Part shown: positions 38,252 to 47,176 of the stretch, piece after piece
Layout: each line of letters begins with the position of its first letter
Numbering within the stretch: position 1 is the first letter of the stretch
Assembly (NCBI GenBank): GCA_964579725.1
Contig: CAZOHG010000009.1
Coordinates: 16,058 to 80,057 of the forward strand
Reading direction: 5' to 3'
DNA from: an uncultured Deferribacteres bacterium
Lineage (GTDB): Bacteria; Zhuqueibacterota; JdFR-76; BMS3Abin05
Length of the DNA stretch: 64,000 nt
The notes under the pieces: model-generated
Databases searched by the model: none
Told to the model about the DNA's origin: nothing
What the model saw: only the letters and a program-made list of their open reading frames with translations
Position numbers and translations under genes: made by a program

Positions 38252-38284
38252 AGCCTCCGTCTCAATTCAGGCGGGGGCTTTTTG
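38252..38284 (+). terminator. Intrinsic terminator after the C1 peptidase gene
   Basis: Stem AGCCTCCG (38252-38259) / CGGGGGCT (38272-38279, one G-T pair), followed by TTTTT. Confidence 0.7.
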
Positions 38285-38575
38285 CTGTGGGGGATGTCGA
38301 AAGTCAAAATGCCTTGAAAAAGAATCCCTATTATATTTTACTTGGGCTGGGAATTTGGGCAAAAATTTGAAAAAAGATTGTGCTCAAAAAGTTTCAGGCG
38401 TTCCGAACCGTGAATGCATTCGGGTGAATTGAAGAACGGGGCCCCTTTGTTGAAATTTTAGGGAAGAAGCTTGATTGTGGGAGTCAAAAAGCGTATCTTT
38501 ACTTGAGTGTTGCTTTGGGGTAGGCGAGCGTTCGCGCGCTGGCAAAAGCGCGGTCAATTTTGAGGAGAAAATGCC

Positions 38576-39577
38576 ATGTCTGAATTTCGACACAATTTGG
38601 TAACCAATGAGTGGGTGGTTGTGGCAACGGAACGGGCCAGGCGCCCCAGCGATTTTTTGAGAAAAGAGGCACAGAAACCCATTCCCACTTACAGTGAAAA
38701 ATGTCCTTTTTGTCCGGGAAACGAGAAAAACACGCCTGTGGCGGTGTACCGGTATCCGGCCGAGGGCGATTGGCAGGTACGGGTTGTTCCGAATAAATTT
38801 GCAGCGCTGAAACCGACGGAAAGCCTGGAGCGCGAACAGGTAGGACGCTATCTCAAGTTCGGGGGCTTCGGGTACGCCGAAGTGGTGATTGAAACGCCGC
38901 ACCACAACAAAACGCTGGGTACCCTTTCGGTGGATGAGGTTTTTCAAGTTGTGCTGGCCTACAAAGCCCGCTACGATATTCTTTCAGCGGACGAACGAAT
39001 TGATTTGGTCACCATTTTCCGAAATCACGGGGAACGCGCCGGTACCTCTTTGGAACATCCCCACTCGCAAATTATTGCCACGCCTCTTGTCCCGTTGCGG
39101 GTACGGAATCAATTGGAGGAAACCCAGCGCTATTCGGCCAATTTAGGCACCTGCGTTTTTTGCGACATTCTGAAAGAGGAACAAAAAGTGGGGCAGCGTT
39201 TGGTTTTGGAAACCGAACACTTTGTGGCGTTCGAACCCTTTGCTTCCCGTTCACCGTTTGAGACCTGGATTCTGCCTAAACGCCACCAGTCGGTTTTCGG
39301 TGCCATTCATTTGAATGAACTCCACGATATGGCCCAAATCGTGCACGACGTGCTGTACAAAATTCACACCGGGCTGAAAAATCCCGACTACAATTTAATT
39401 TTGCAGTCAGCACCCACAAAGGAAGATGACGTGGACTATTACCACTGGTACATTCGGATTATTCCGCGTTTGACGACGCCGGCGGGATTTGAGATGGGCA
39501 CGGGGGTTTACATTACCACAGCTTACCCGGAAGAAACCGCCGAGTTTTTGCGAAGGGTGGAGGTAAAAGAATCCTGA
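38576..39577 (+). CDS. galT: Galactose-1-phosphate uridylyltransferase family (HIT superfamily, GalT type)
   Basis: Zn-binding CPFCPGNE and active site HPHSQI (HxHxQ). Length is 333 aa. Confidence 0.85.
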   Translation: MSEFRHNLVTNEWVVVATERARRPSDFLRKEAQKPIPTYSEKCPFCPGNEKNTPVAVYRYPAEGDWQVRVVPNKFAALKPTESLEREQVGRYLKFGGFGYAEVVIETPHHNKTLGTLSVDEVFQVVLAYKARYDILSADERIDLVTIFRNHGERAGTSLEHPHSQIIATPLVPLRVRNQLEETQRYSANLGTCVFCDILKEEQKVGQRLVLETEHFVAFEPFASRSPFETWILPKRHQSVFGAIHLNELHDMAQIVHDVLYKIHTGLKNPDYNLILQSAPTKEDDVDYYHWYIRIIPRLTTPAGFEMGTGVYITTAYPEETAEFLRRVEVKES

Positions 39578-39640
39578 CAAAGGGGGTGACGCAAAAAATC
39601 GCCCTAAATCCGTGAAACCCCAATTAGGAGAAAAACCGAC

Positions 39641-40321
39641 ATGTTTTTTGCGCCGATCATTCTTCTTATTTTGTTCATCTATTTTATTGTTCTCGTCGGA
39701 TTGTTTGCGTTTGTAGAGGTTGGGGCGATTGCGTACGTGTTTGACAAAATCGGTGTTTCTCAGGAGTATGTGTTTTCTCTGCTTTTTTTGACGCTCGTCG
39801 GAAGTTTTATCAACATCCCGATTAAGCGGATTCATTCCGGCGAGTTGGAACCCACCGGACAGATCGTCCATTTTTGGGGGTACCGTTTTGTGATCCCAGG
39901 AACGCGTTACCCGCAGCAAACCCTCATTGCGATTAATGTGGGTGGGGCGCTCATCCCCGCACTGCTGGCTCTTTATCTTTTTGTTGCCCACTGGCACCTT
40001 TTTGGGGCGAACCTCTTTTCGCTTCTCATTGTAACGGCGGTTGTTCACAAAGTCGCCCGCCCTGTTAGGGGAATGGGTATTACCACCCCGGCTTTTTTGC
40101 CTCCCCTTCTGGCCGCTTTGGTCGCCTTGATTTTTGCGCCCGCTCACGCTCCGGTGGTGGCCTACGTTTCGGGAACTCTGGGCACGTTAATTGGAGCCGA
40201 TTTGCTCAATCTCAAAAAAATTCCCGAATTGGGAGCGCCCGTGGCTTCCATTGGCGGAGCAGGAACTTTTGACGGTGTTTTCCTCACGGGGATTATTGCC
40301 GTGCTGCTGGCCGCGTGGTAG
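39641..40321 (+). CDS. DUF1614-family integral membrane protein
   Basis: The pattern FEKIG-like ...FDKIGVSQEYVFSLLFLTLVGSFINIPI plus later GGALIP and LGAPVASIGGAGTFDGVFLTG matches my recollection of DUF1614. Function is unknown. Confidence 0.55.
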   Translation: MFFAPIILLILFIYFIVLVGLFAFVEVGAIAYVFDKIGVSQEYVFSLLFLTLVGSFINIPIKRIHSGELEPTGQIVHFWGYRFVIPGTRYPQQTLIAINVGGALIPALLALYLFVAHWHLFGANLFSLLIVTAVVHKVARPVRGMGITTPAFLPPLLAALVALIFAPAHAPVVAYVSGTLGTLIGADLLNLKKIPELGAPVASIGGAGTFDGVFLTGIIAVLLAAW

Positions 40322-40333
40322 AGGACCCTTTCG

Positions 40334-41062
40334 ATGGAAGCTGCCCCGCCCCTTTTTCAATTTGAACATGTCTTTTTGGAAAAGAAGAATCGCTCGGTGC
40401 TGGCGGATGTAAATCTGACGGTTGCTTCGGGAGAATTTTTGACGATTCTGGGTCCCTCGGGAGCAGGCAAAACCACCTTGCTGCGGTTGTTCAATTTTCT
40501 GGAAACGCCCACACGCGGCCGCGTTTTTTTCGGGGGGAAAGCGCTACCGGAGTGGTCGGCACCTCGCCTGCGCCGGAAAGTGATTCTGGTCTTGCAAAAG
40601 CCCGTTTTATTTGAAGGAACCGTTCGGCAAAATCTGATTGTCGGCTTGACGCTGGCCAAAAAATCGATCCCAAAAGAAGCCCAATTAAAAGAGTTGCTTC
40701 GAAAGTGCGGGCTACCAGGCGAGATTCTAAATGAAAAAGCCGACCACCTTTCGGGCGGTGAACAACAACGGCTCGCCCTTGCGCGGGCATTGGCTTTGGA
40801 CCCCGATGTGTTGTTGTTGGACGAGCCGACGGCGTCCCTGGACGTGGAATCGGAGCGAAGACTGATTGACCAAATTGTGCAGGAGAACCAGGAGGGCGGA
40901 CGCACGATTGTGTGTGTGACCCATTCGCTTCCGTTGGTGCGGGCGGCCACGCGGTTGATTTTTCTGGAGAGCGGGCGGGTTGTGTCTGATCGCCCGTCAG
41001 CCTCCGACGAGGAAATTCGCACATTTCTCAAAAAGGCTTTGGATGCAAAAAACGATCATTGA
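40334..41062 (+). CDS. ABC transporter ATP-binding protein, FetA/YbbL-like
   Basis: Walker A GPSGAGKTT, signature LSGGEQQRLALAR, Walker B LLLDEPTASLD. Paired with a FetB-type permease. Confidence 0.85.
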   Translation: MEAAPPLFQFEHVFLEKKNRSVLADVNLTVASGEFLTILGPSGAGKTTLLRLFNFLETPTRGRVFFGGKALPEWSAPRLRRKVILVLQKPVLFEGTVRQNLIVGLTLAKKSIPKEAQLKELLRKCGLPGEILNEKADHLSGGEQQRLALARALALDPDVLLLDEPTASLDVESERRLIDQIVQENQEGGRTIVCVTHSLPLVRAATRLIFLESGRVVSDRPSASDEEIRTFLKKALDAKNDH

Positions 41063-41828
41063 TTTGACCTTGTGGCAGCTTGCGCTGGCCTTTTTGTTGA
41101 TCGGGGTGGTGTACGCCGTGGCGTTGGTGGAACGCCTCAATCTGGGCAAGGACATTTTTGTGTCTGCGGCCAGAATGACCGTCCAATTGGTTCTTCTGGC
41201 GCTGGTTCTGAAATTTGTTTTTGCCGTTGAAGCCTGGTTCTTAGTCCTGTTGATTTTCCTCTGGATGGTATTTTGGGCCGCTCAAGCCGTGGCTCAGCGC
41301 ACAGGCGTTCGCTTCCGGGGAATGAAAAAGATTGTTTTTTGGTCGCTTTTGGTCGGCGGCGGCAGCGTGACGTTTTTCTTTGTTTTGATGGTGGTACACC
41401 CCAGCCCCTGGTACCAACCGCGTTATTTCATCCCCCTGGCTGGCATGATTATGGGAAATTCAATGAACGGCAGTGCTCTCGCTCTGGAGCGCTTTTACAG
41501 TGACGTCCGCCAAAATCGGTTGGGGATTGAAACCCTTTTGGCTTTGGGGGCAACGGCTGCCCAGTCGTCGCGCCAGGCCTACCGCAAAGCCTTCCGTGCC
41601 GCCCTGTTGCCTCCACTCATGGCAATGAGCAGCATGGGAATTGTCAGTATTCCGGGGATGATGACAGGGCAGATTCTTTCCGGCACCGCACCCCTCATTG
41701 CTGTAAAATACCAAATAGCCATTATGACGGCCATTGTAGGAACGGTTGCCCTCAATGCGCTTTTGATCCTCAATTTTGAGCGTAAGGTTTTGTTTAACAA
41801 ATTTCACCAGTTGGTTCTTGAAGAGTAA
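41043..41828 (+). CDS. fetB: FetB/YbbM-family (UPF0014) ABC exporter permease, putative iron export
   Basis: IPLAGMIMGNSMN, LALGAT..Q....YRKAFRAALLP, and SIPGMMTGQILSGTAPLIAVKYQI closely resemble E. coli YbbM/FetB as I recall it. The ATG at 41043 overlaps the ATPase gene by 20 nt. Confidence 0.75.
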   Translation: MQKTIIDLTLWQLALAFLLIGVVYAVALVERLNLGKDIFVSAARMTVQLVLLALVLKFVFAVEAWFLVLLIFLWMVFWAAQAVAQRTGVRFRGMKKIVFWSLLVGGGSVTFFFVLMVVHPSPWYQPRYFIPLAGMIMGNSMNGSALALERFYSDVRQNRLGIETLLALGATAAQSSRQAYRKAFRAALLPPLMAMSSMGIVSIPGMMTGQILSGTAPLIAVKYQIAIMTAIVGTVALNALLILNFERKVLFNKFHQLVLEE

Positions 41829-41851
41829 GCGGCCTTGATTTTTCCCCTTGT

Positions 41852-42481
41852 CTACCGGCTCTCCGCTACTGCTAACACCTTTTTTAGCCGTTTGATTTGA
41901 GACGGGCGCATGGATGGCATTCGTTTGGCAATCACCTCCGCAAACGCAGCTTTGTTGGCCGCATCTACGGCGGCTACGATGGCTTCCGCCCGTTGCGGTA
42001 CATCCTTTGGTCGACAGTTTGTTAGGTGTTTGAGTAGGTAGGGGAAAAGCGTCCGGCGGTACGCGTCATTGTGGGCGGCAACAAGGGAAAGAGTCTTAAT
42101 CCCTCTGTCCACCGTAATCACCGAACCCGATTCAATGGCCCGAATAATCTCGTCTCGATGCTCAAAAAGCACGGGTGCCTTCAAAGGGGCAATTGTGGAC
42201 AGCGCGATCATCGCGCCCCACACCAAGCGATTGTTCCGGCTGCTTAGAAGGTCTAAAAATTCCGTGGCGTAATCGGCGATAAGCTCGGGGGCAATGTAGC
42301 CGATTTCGTACAGGACTTTAATACAATCGCTTTGAATGTTGCGATCTCGGTTTTTCAGATTTGCAACAAGTTCTTGAATCTCATCCGTCGCCTTTGTTGC
42401 AGCTAATTCTGCGGCCAATTCCTGGTTGGGGACGTCGTCGCGCCTCCCGAGCACCGAGGCCAATTTTTCTAAGACCGACAT
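41852..42481 (-). CDS. Hypothetical protein, all-alpha HEAT/armadillo-like repeats
   Basis: 209 aa, with helical repeat character (…IKVLYEIGYIAPELI…FLDLLSSRNNRLVWGAMIALSTIA…). RBS GGGAGG. No confident family assignment. Confidence 0.4.
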   Translation of the reverse strand: MSVLEKLASVLGRRDDVPNQELAAELAATKATDEIQELVANLKNRDRNIQSDCIKVLYEIGYIAPELIADYATEFLDLLSSRNNRLVWGAMIALSTIAPLKAPVLFEHRDEIIRAIESGSVITVDRGIKTLSLVAAHNDAYRRTLFPYLLKHLTNCRPKDVPQRAEAIVAAVDAANKAAFAEVIAKRMPSMRPSQIKRLKKVLAVAESR

Positions 42482-43204
42482 ATTGTGAACCTCCCATTAT
42501 TTTTGTCCAATTGGTTTTTCCGTTTGACGGATCGACAACCGCTTCCAGGTCAGTTCTTTTAAAATTCGCCGTGTTTCCTGGCGTGGTTCGAAAATGTTCC
42601 TTACCGTACTCAATGGCAAAAGAACAGGCGGGTTCGCGTTTCGGTATCTCAAAAACGCATTGAGCGATTTGGCTTTACGAAGCAAATGTAAAAAATGTCC
42701 CCGATAGATGCAAACAAAAATTGCTGAAAACACGAAAACAACAAGCGCCTATTTTTAAACAAAAAAGAAAAGGTGAACCGGAAAGGGAATTCCCCCTTTT
42801 TTGTGTTTTGCTACGCGCACCCGCAATCGGCTTCCGATGTTTGGGAAAAAAGTTTCTGGGTAACGTTGAACGAAACACCGGAGCCCCCAAAAAAAGTGTC
42901 GGTGGAAGAACATTTCGCGTGTTCGGTTTTTTATTCGCCCATTTGAATTCCGGTGCCCGGTTTTCGACTTGCGTTTTGGAAAAATAGGGGATATTTTTAA
43001 ACGGTCGGAGTGCTTTTGCAATTTTGAGGAAACAGTGCCAGAAAACGGGGGCAGATAAGAGTTGTCTATCCGGGCAAGGACTTTTCCGGGGAAGGTGACC
43101 TGAAACGGCTTGTTCCGAAAAGGTGGCGCAAAGCGCCTCCACTTTTAAAATTTTAAAATCAGTCGAGCACGTTTCTGAAAAAAAATCAGTCAAGGAGTGA
43201 CCGA

Positions 43205-44391
43205 TTGAAAGGTAAATTTCGTTGGTTTTTATTGATTTGGGTTTTTACCGCTGTGCCCGCAATCGCTCAACAATTCGGTGTGCGTGTGGACATGGGGATC
43301 GTCCAATCCGATGAAATTCGGGAGGCTTCCGGCCTGGCTGCCAGCCGCAAAAACCCGGGCGTTTTGTGGACGCACAACGATTCAGGAAACAGAAATCGGG
43401 TTTTCGCCCTGGACACGCTGGGACGACATCTGGGGACGTACTGGTTGTCCGGCGTGTCCAATCGAGATTGGGAGGACATCGCGATGGGGCCAGGCCCCGT
43501 TGAGGGTGAGGAGTACCTTTACATTGCAGAGATCGGCGACAATTCCCTCCGGTACGACGTGAAATACATTTACCGTGTGCGGGAACCTCGCGTTCGTGTT
43601 GGGCAAACACCTGTAGATACGGTTCTGTTGGGGGTGGAACGTCTGCCGTTTCGCTATCCTGACGGCCGACACAACGCCGAAACGCTCATGGTGGACCCCC
43701 TCACGCAGGACATTTTTGTTGTGTCCAAAGGAGGCGACACAAAGGTGTACCGGAAGGCTTCTCCGGCTGTTTTTTACCCCGCACCCACGCTTCAGGTGGA
43801 TACATTGGTGCTTGTGGGAAAATTGCCATTCCGTACCGCTGTTGGCGGCGATATTTCCCCGGACGGAAAGGGAATTCTGATTAAAAATAAAATCGCCATT
43901 TATTATTGGCAGCGCGGCGAGAATCAGACCGTTGCCCAGGCTCTAAAAGCACCCCCCAAAATGGTGCCTTACGTTAAAGAACCGCAGGGGGAGCCGTCAC
44001 CTGGGCGTTCGATTTGTCTGGCTACTACACGGTGAGCGAAGGCCTGCACCCACATCTGTATTTTTATCCGTGGCTCACAACGGTTGTTCGTTCCAAACAG
44101 AAGCATTCACCGGATAATTTTACCCTAAAGCAAAACTTTCCCAATCCGTTCAATCCGGCTACCACCATCGACTTTCGCTTGGCTGTAACTGCTCGGGTTG
44201 AATTGGCCGTTTTTGCTCTCTCAGGGCAGCGGGTGCGGGTTCTGGTGCACGGCGTTCAGACGGCGGGGTTCCACACTGTCCGGTGGAACGGGCGCAATGA
44301 GGCGGGGCGAATGGTGCCAAGCGGGGTGTACCTGTACCGCCTACGGGCAGGCGGCCAGACTAAAATCGGAAAAATGACGTTGCTACGGTGA
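43205..44391 (+). pseudogene. Frameshifted gene for a secreted protein (signal peptide + propeller-like SdiA-regulated/phytase-like domain + T9SS C-terminal domain)
   Basis: ORF 43205..44035 carries signal peptide MKGKFRWFLLIWVFTAVPAIAQ and motifs EASGLA and LWTHNDSG. ORF 44014..44391 is in the -1 frame, which is open from 43978. That frame continues AVTWAFDLSGYYTVSEG and ends in NFPNPFNPATTIDFRL...GVYLYRL (T9SS CTD). The switch is at or next to the G5 run at 43987-43991. Confidence 0.7.
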
Positions 44392-44557
44392 ACCGACTCA
44401 AAATCGGCGGTTTTAAAGTCTCTCGAAGACCCCTGTTAGAGGTCCACCGGGCAGCTTTTGGCTCTTTTGGTTTGGGAGGGAAAAGATGCCGTTTTTCCCC
44501 AAAAAATTCTCCCCTGATTTTTGCCTTTTTTGACAGAAAGAAAATCCCTAAATTGTA

Positions 44558-44603
44558 TTGAAAATTAGGCCGGACTTTCGTAAATTATTGCACAAACATG
44601 CAA
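44558..44603 (+). promoter_or_regulatory. Promoter TTGAAA-N17-TAAATT with an adjacent inverted repeat (candidate ArsR operator)
   Basis: TTGAAA at 44558-44563, 17-nt spacer, TAAATT at 44581-44586. It is immediately followed by TTGCA-caaaca-TGCAA (44588-44603). Confidence 0.55.
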
Positions 44604-44640
44604 AAAAAGAGCAACCCGAACACGAAAGGATGGTGCCACA

Positions 44641-44964
44641 ATGAGAAAAGGTGGACGTATGTCCGATCCCCGAAGCCGTTTTTTTATGGCATTGGCCTGC
44701 GATCAGCGGTTGAAGATTCTGGAGCTGCTGCGTGAAAAGGAGCGCTGTTCCTGCGAATTGGTTCCGCTGCTGAACATCGATCCGTCGGTGGTTTCTCGTC
44801 ACCTGTCCCTATTGCGGGACGCCGGTTTGATCGAAGGTCGAAAGCAAGGGATTAATATCTATTATTCGATCGCGGACAGGCGGATATTCGACTTGCTGGA
44901 TATTGCGAAACAGCTCATTCAGGCCTGGTTTGAAAAACGTCAAAAACTGTTTGAGCAGCTTTAA
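44641..44964 (+). CDS. ArsR/SmtB-family metalloregulator
   Basis: LACDQRLKILELLREKERCSCELVPLLNIDPSVVSRHLSLLRDAGLIEGRKQGINIYYSI is a canonical ArsR wHTH with a CxC metal site. An alternative start is the ATG at 44659. Confidence 0.88.
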   Translation: MRKGGRMSDPRSRFFMALACDQRLKILELLREKERCSCELVPLLNIDPSVVSRHLSLLRDAGLIEGRKQGINIYYSIADRRIFDLLDIAKQLIQAWFEKRQKLFEQL

Positions 44965-45099
44965 TGGGTTGACGGCTCTCGGGGCGACACAAGTTTTCGG
45001 CATGTCACGGCCTTTTTGAGGGGGAAACCCCGCCGGAAATCGGAGGATTTCTTGGAAGTCAGGGTAAAAACCCAAATAATCTAATAAGAATCTGGTAAA

Positions 45100-45987
45100 A
45101 TGGAAGAGTTTAGAATGGAAGAAAAAATGCATTTGGACGAGGACCTGAAAAAACTCCTGTTGGAATTTCAGCGTGAGGAAATTACTGAACATTACGTGTA
45201 CGCCAAATTGGCCCGTCGGGCAAAGGGCAAAAATCGTGAGGTGTTGAAACAGATTTCCGACGAAGAATTGGGACATTTTCGCACGTGGAAAAAATACACG
45301 CAGGAAGATGTGAAACCGAATCGCTTTAAGATTGGATTTTACAGTTTGTTACAACGCATTTTCGGACTCACATTTGCCGTGAAACTCATGGAAATGGGAG
45401 AGGTGCACGCCCAGGAAGATTACCGGAAAATCGTTAAACGCTTTCCTGAAACGGCCGGTATTGTGAGCGACGAAGACCGGCACGAAAAGTACTTGCTCAA
45501 TTTAATCGAAGAGGAAAAGCTCAATTACGTGGGTTCCATTGTGTTGGGTTTAAATGACGCCCTCGTCGAGCTTACGGGTGCTCTGGCAGGTCTGACGTTT
45601 GCCCTGGGCAAATCTCGCTTGATTGCTTTGGCCGGGCTCATTACGGGCATTGCGGCCTCGCTTTCCATGATGACCTCCGAATACCTCTCCAAAAAGGCGG
45701 AAAACGAAGCCAATCCGATGCGGGCGTCGATTTACACGGGCATTGCTTACATTTTTACCGTTCTCTTTTTGGTCGTGCCCTATTTTTTATTTGCCAGTCC
45801 GTATTTGGCGTTACCGGTCATGTTGCTGATTGGAATCGGTATTATTCTGCTCTTCACCTTTTTTGTTTCAGTCACGAAGGATCAACCCTTCGGGGTTCGA
45901 TTTTTGGAAATGGCCGCCATTAGTCTGGGGGTTGCCTTTGTTTCATTCGGCATTGGTTACGTGCTGAATAAATGGCTTGGTGTGTAA
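45100..45987 (+). CDS. VIT1/CCC1-family Fe/Mn transporter with an N-terminal ferritin-like domain
   Basis: The N-terminal region EITEHYVYAKLA...DEELGHF...EDRHEKYL has rubrerythrin/ferritin-like diiron ligands. The C-terminal region GLNDALVELTGALAGLT...SMMTSEYLS has the VIT1 motifs. Confidence 0.8.
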   Translation: MEEFRMEEKMHLDEDLKKLLLEFQREEITEHYVYAKLARRAKGKNREVLKQISDEELGHFRTWKKYTQEDVKPNRFKIGFYSLLQRIFGLTFAVKLMEMGEVHAQEDYRKIVKRFPETAGIVSDEDRHEKYLLNLIEEEKLNYVGSIVLGLNDALVELTGALAGLTFALGKSRLIALAGLITGIAASLSMMTSEYLSKKAENEANPMRASIYTGIAYIFTVLFLVVPYFLFASPYLALPVMLLIGIGIILLFTFFVSVTKDQPFGVRFLEMAAISLGVAFVSFGIGYVLNKWLGV

Positions 45988-46071
45988 GCGTCCCAACAGA
46001 CCTTTGGAAAATTGAGGAAACGGATTCGATTTGCTGTGCCACGGGTGCGGCGTGCTTCTTGAGAAACAGAA

Positions 46072-46121
46072 AAACCCGCTCGGTTCAATCGTCCTGATTT
46101 TCCCCGAGCGGGTTTTATTTT
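46072..46121. terminator. Bidirectional terminator between convergent VIT1 and DUF937 genes
   Basis: Stem AAACCCGCTCGG (46072-46083) / CCGAGCGGGTTT (46104-46115), followed by TTTTATTTTT. Confidence 0.7.
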
Positions 46122-46180
46122 TCCCCTGAAATTTGTACCGAATGGCGGTCGTTTTGCCGTAACCCTCTCGTTTGGGGAGG

Positions 46181-46768
46181 TTAGCTCTTCCGGCCGAAAA
46201 TGGACCCCATGAGACCGCCCAACAGATTGCCGCCCAAATTTTTGGCGCCGCCTGAACTTCCCATTAGAAATCCGGCCACGTCGTCCAAAATACTGCCGTC
46301 ACCATCCTGGTCGATGAGTGCCGCAATGCCTGAAAGCCCCGCGCTGTCCTGTTTTTTCTTCCGGGTCAACATGCCCAAAATAATCGGAGAGAGGGCCGGA
46401 ATGAGTTTCATGGCCGATCCGGCATCCAATCCGAATTTCTTGGAAATCAGATCCGCCGCCTTGAATCCCGAATCCCCCAACAAGCCGCCCAATCCAGGAT
46501 CGGCCTGCTCTTCGTTTAGCTTGGAGCTGATCACGTTGGGCACGTTTTCCAGTACGCTGTCATCGCCGTACTTGTTCAAAATGTGGTCTACCCGCTCGGG
46601 GCCCCCGTGGGTTTCCATCTGCTTTTTTAATCCCGCCAAAATCATGGGCGCTACTTGCTGCATGATGCCTTCGGCGTGTTCCTTAGGCAGGCCCAATTTG
46701 GATGTCAATTCGTTGACAGCCTGGGCTCCGGCGCTGGACCCCAACAATTCTTCAATAAATGAGCTCAT
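46181..46768 (-). CDS. DUF937-family protein
   Basis: Gly/Leu-rich repeats (GLGGLLGDSG, LGGNLLGGLMGSIFG) and helical segments LTSKLGL..E.A......APMILAGL fit the DUF937 pattern. RBS GAGGAGG. Confidence 0.6.
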   Translation of the reverse strand: MSSFIEELLGSSAGAQAVNELTSKLGLPKEHAEGIMQQVAPMILAGLKKQMETHGGPERVDHILNKYGDDSVLENVPNVISSKLNEEQADPGLGGLLGDSGFKAADLISKKFGLDAGSAMKLIPALSPIILGMLTRKKKQDSAGLSGIAALIDQDGDGSILDDVAGFLMGSSGGAKNLGGNLLGGLMGSIFGRKS

Positions 46769-47025
46769 TTTTCCTCCTCAGGTTCATTTTTCTATTTTGC
46801 AAAAGACAAATTGGAATGTGCTTCCGTTTTTCTAAAATTGTAACAAAAGAGTCAAAAATAGTGCCAAAAAACAAAATGGGCCGGTCTTTGCGTAACCTCT
46901 TGTTTTGTAAAAGAGGCCGAAAGAAATCCATTGTTCTGATTTTTACCGATTGGGGATTTGCCCCTGTTAGTGGAAATGGACTGTGTGTTTTGCCCCGGTT
47001 TTTGCAAGGGGGGTGTATTTTTCAC

Positions 47026-47054
47026 TTGATTTTCTGGACACGAGTGGGTAATTT
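47026..47054 (+). promoter_or_regulatory. Candidate promoter TTGATT-N17-TAATTT
   Basis: TTGATT at 47026-47031, 17-nt spacer, TAATTT at 47049-47054, about 120 nt upstream of the URO-D-family gene. Confidence 0.4.
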
Positions 47055-47176
47055 TTAAATGCCTTTCAAATTTACTGAAAATAATCACCGTTTGCCAGAT
47101 TTTTTAAGGACCTGACCCTCGCCGAAGTTTTGCCCCGGCGGCGGTGTGAATGGACGTGCCAATTTGGGAGATCGCG

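Noticed and set aside
40357-41031. 224-aa and 177-aa minus-strand ORFs antisense to the ABC ATPase gene
   Set aside because: These are shadow ORFs opposite a gene with complete Walker A, signature and Walker B motifs.
42584-42600. tRNA T-loop-like GGTTCGAA motif
   Set aside because: The flanking bases do not form a T-stem, and no acceptor or anticodon arms can be drawn. It is not a tRNA.
43060-43100. The minus-strand string GGAAAAGTCCTTGCCCGG, reminiscent of the RNase P P4 motif GAGGAAAGTCCGGGC
   Set aside because: There is an extra A and a different continuation. None of the other universally conserved RNase P blocks is present nearby.
43100-43147. Resemblance of GGCGCAAAGCGCCTCC to the ACGCAAAGC-CCGG core of the c-di-GMP-I (GEMM) riboswitch
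   Set aside because: The conserved A is replaced by G. There is no upstream GGCAAAC-type first hairpin with a tetraloop-receptor arrangement and no closing P1 or second-helix sequence downstream. The simple terminator hairpin is the more parsimonious reading.
42675-43193. 172-aa minus-strand ORF inside the long 42.5-43.2 kb spacer
   Set aside because: The sequence is Cys/Phe/Ser/Arg/Lys-rich with no RBS and no domain-like pattern, and it runs through hairpin and T-tract elements. I treat the region as non-coding.
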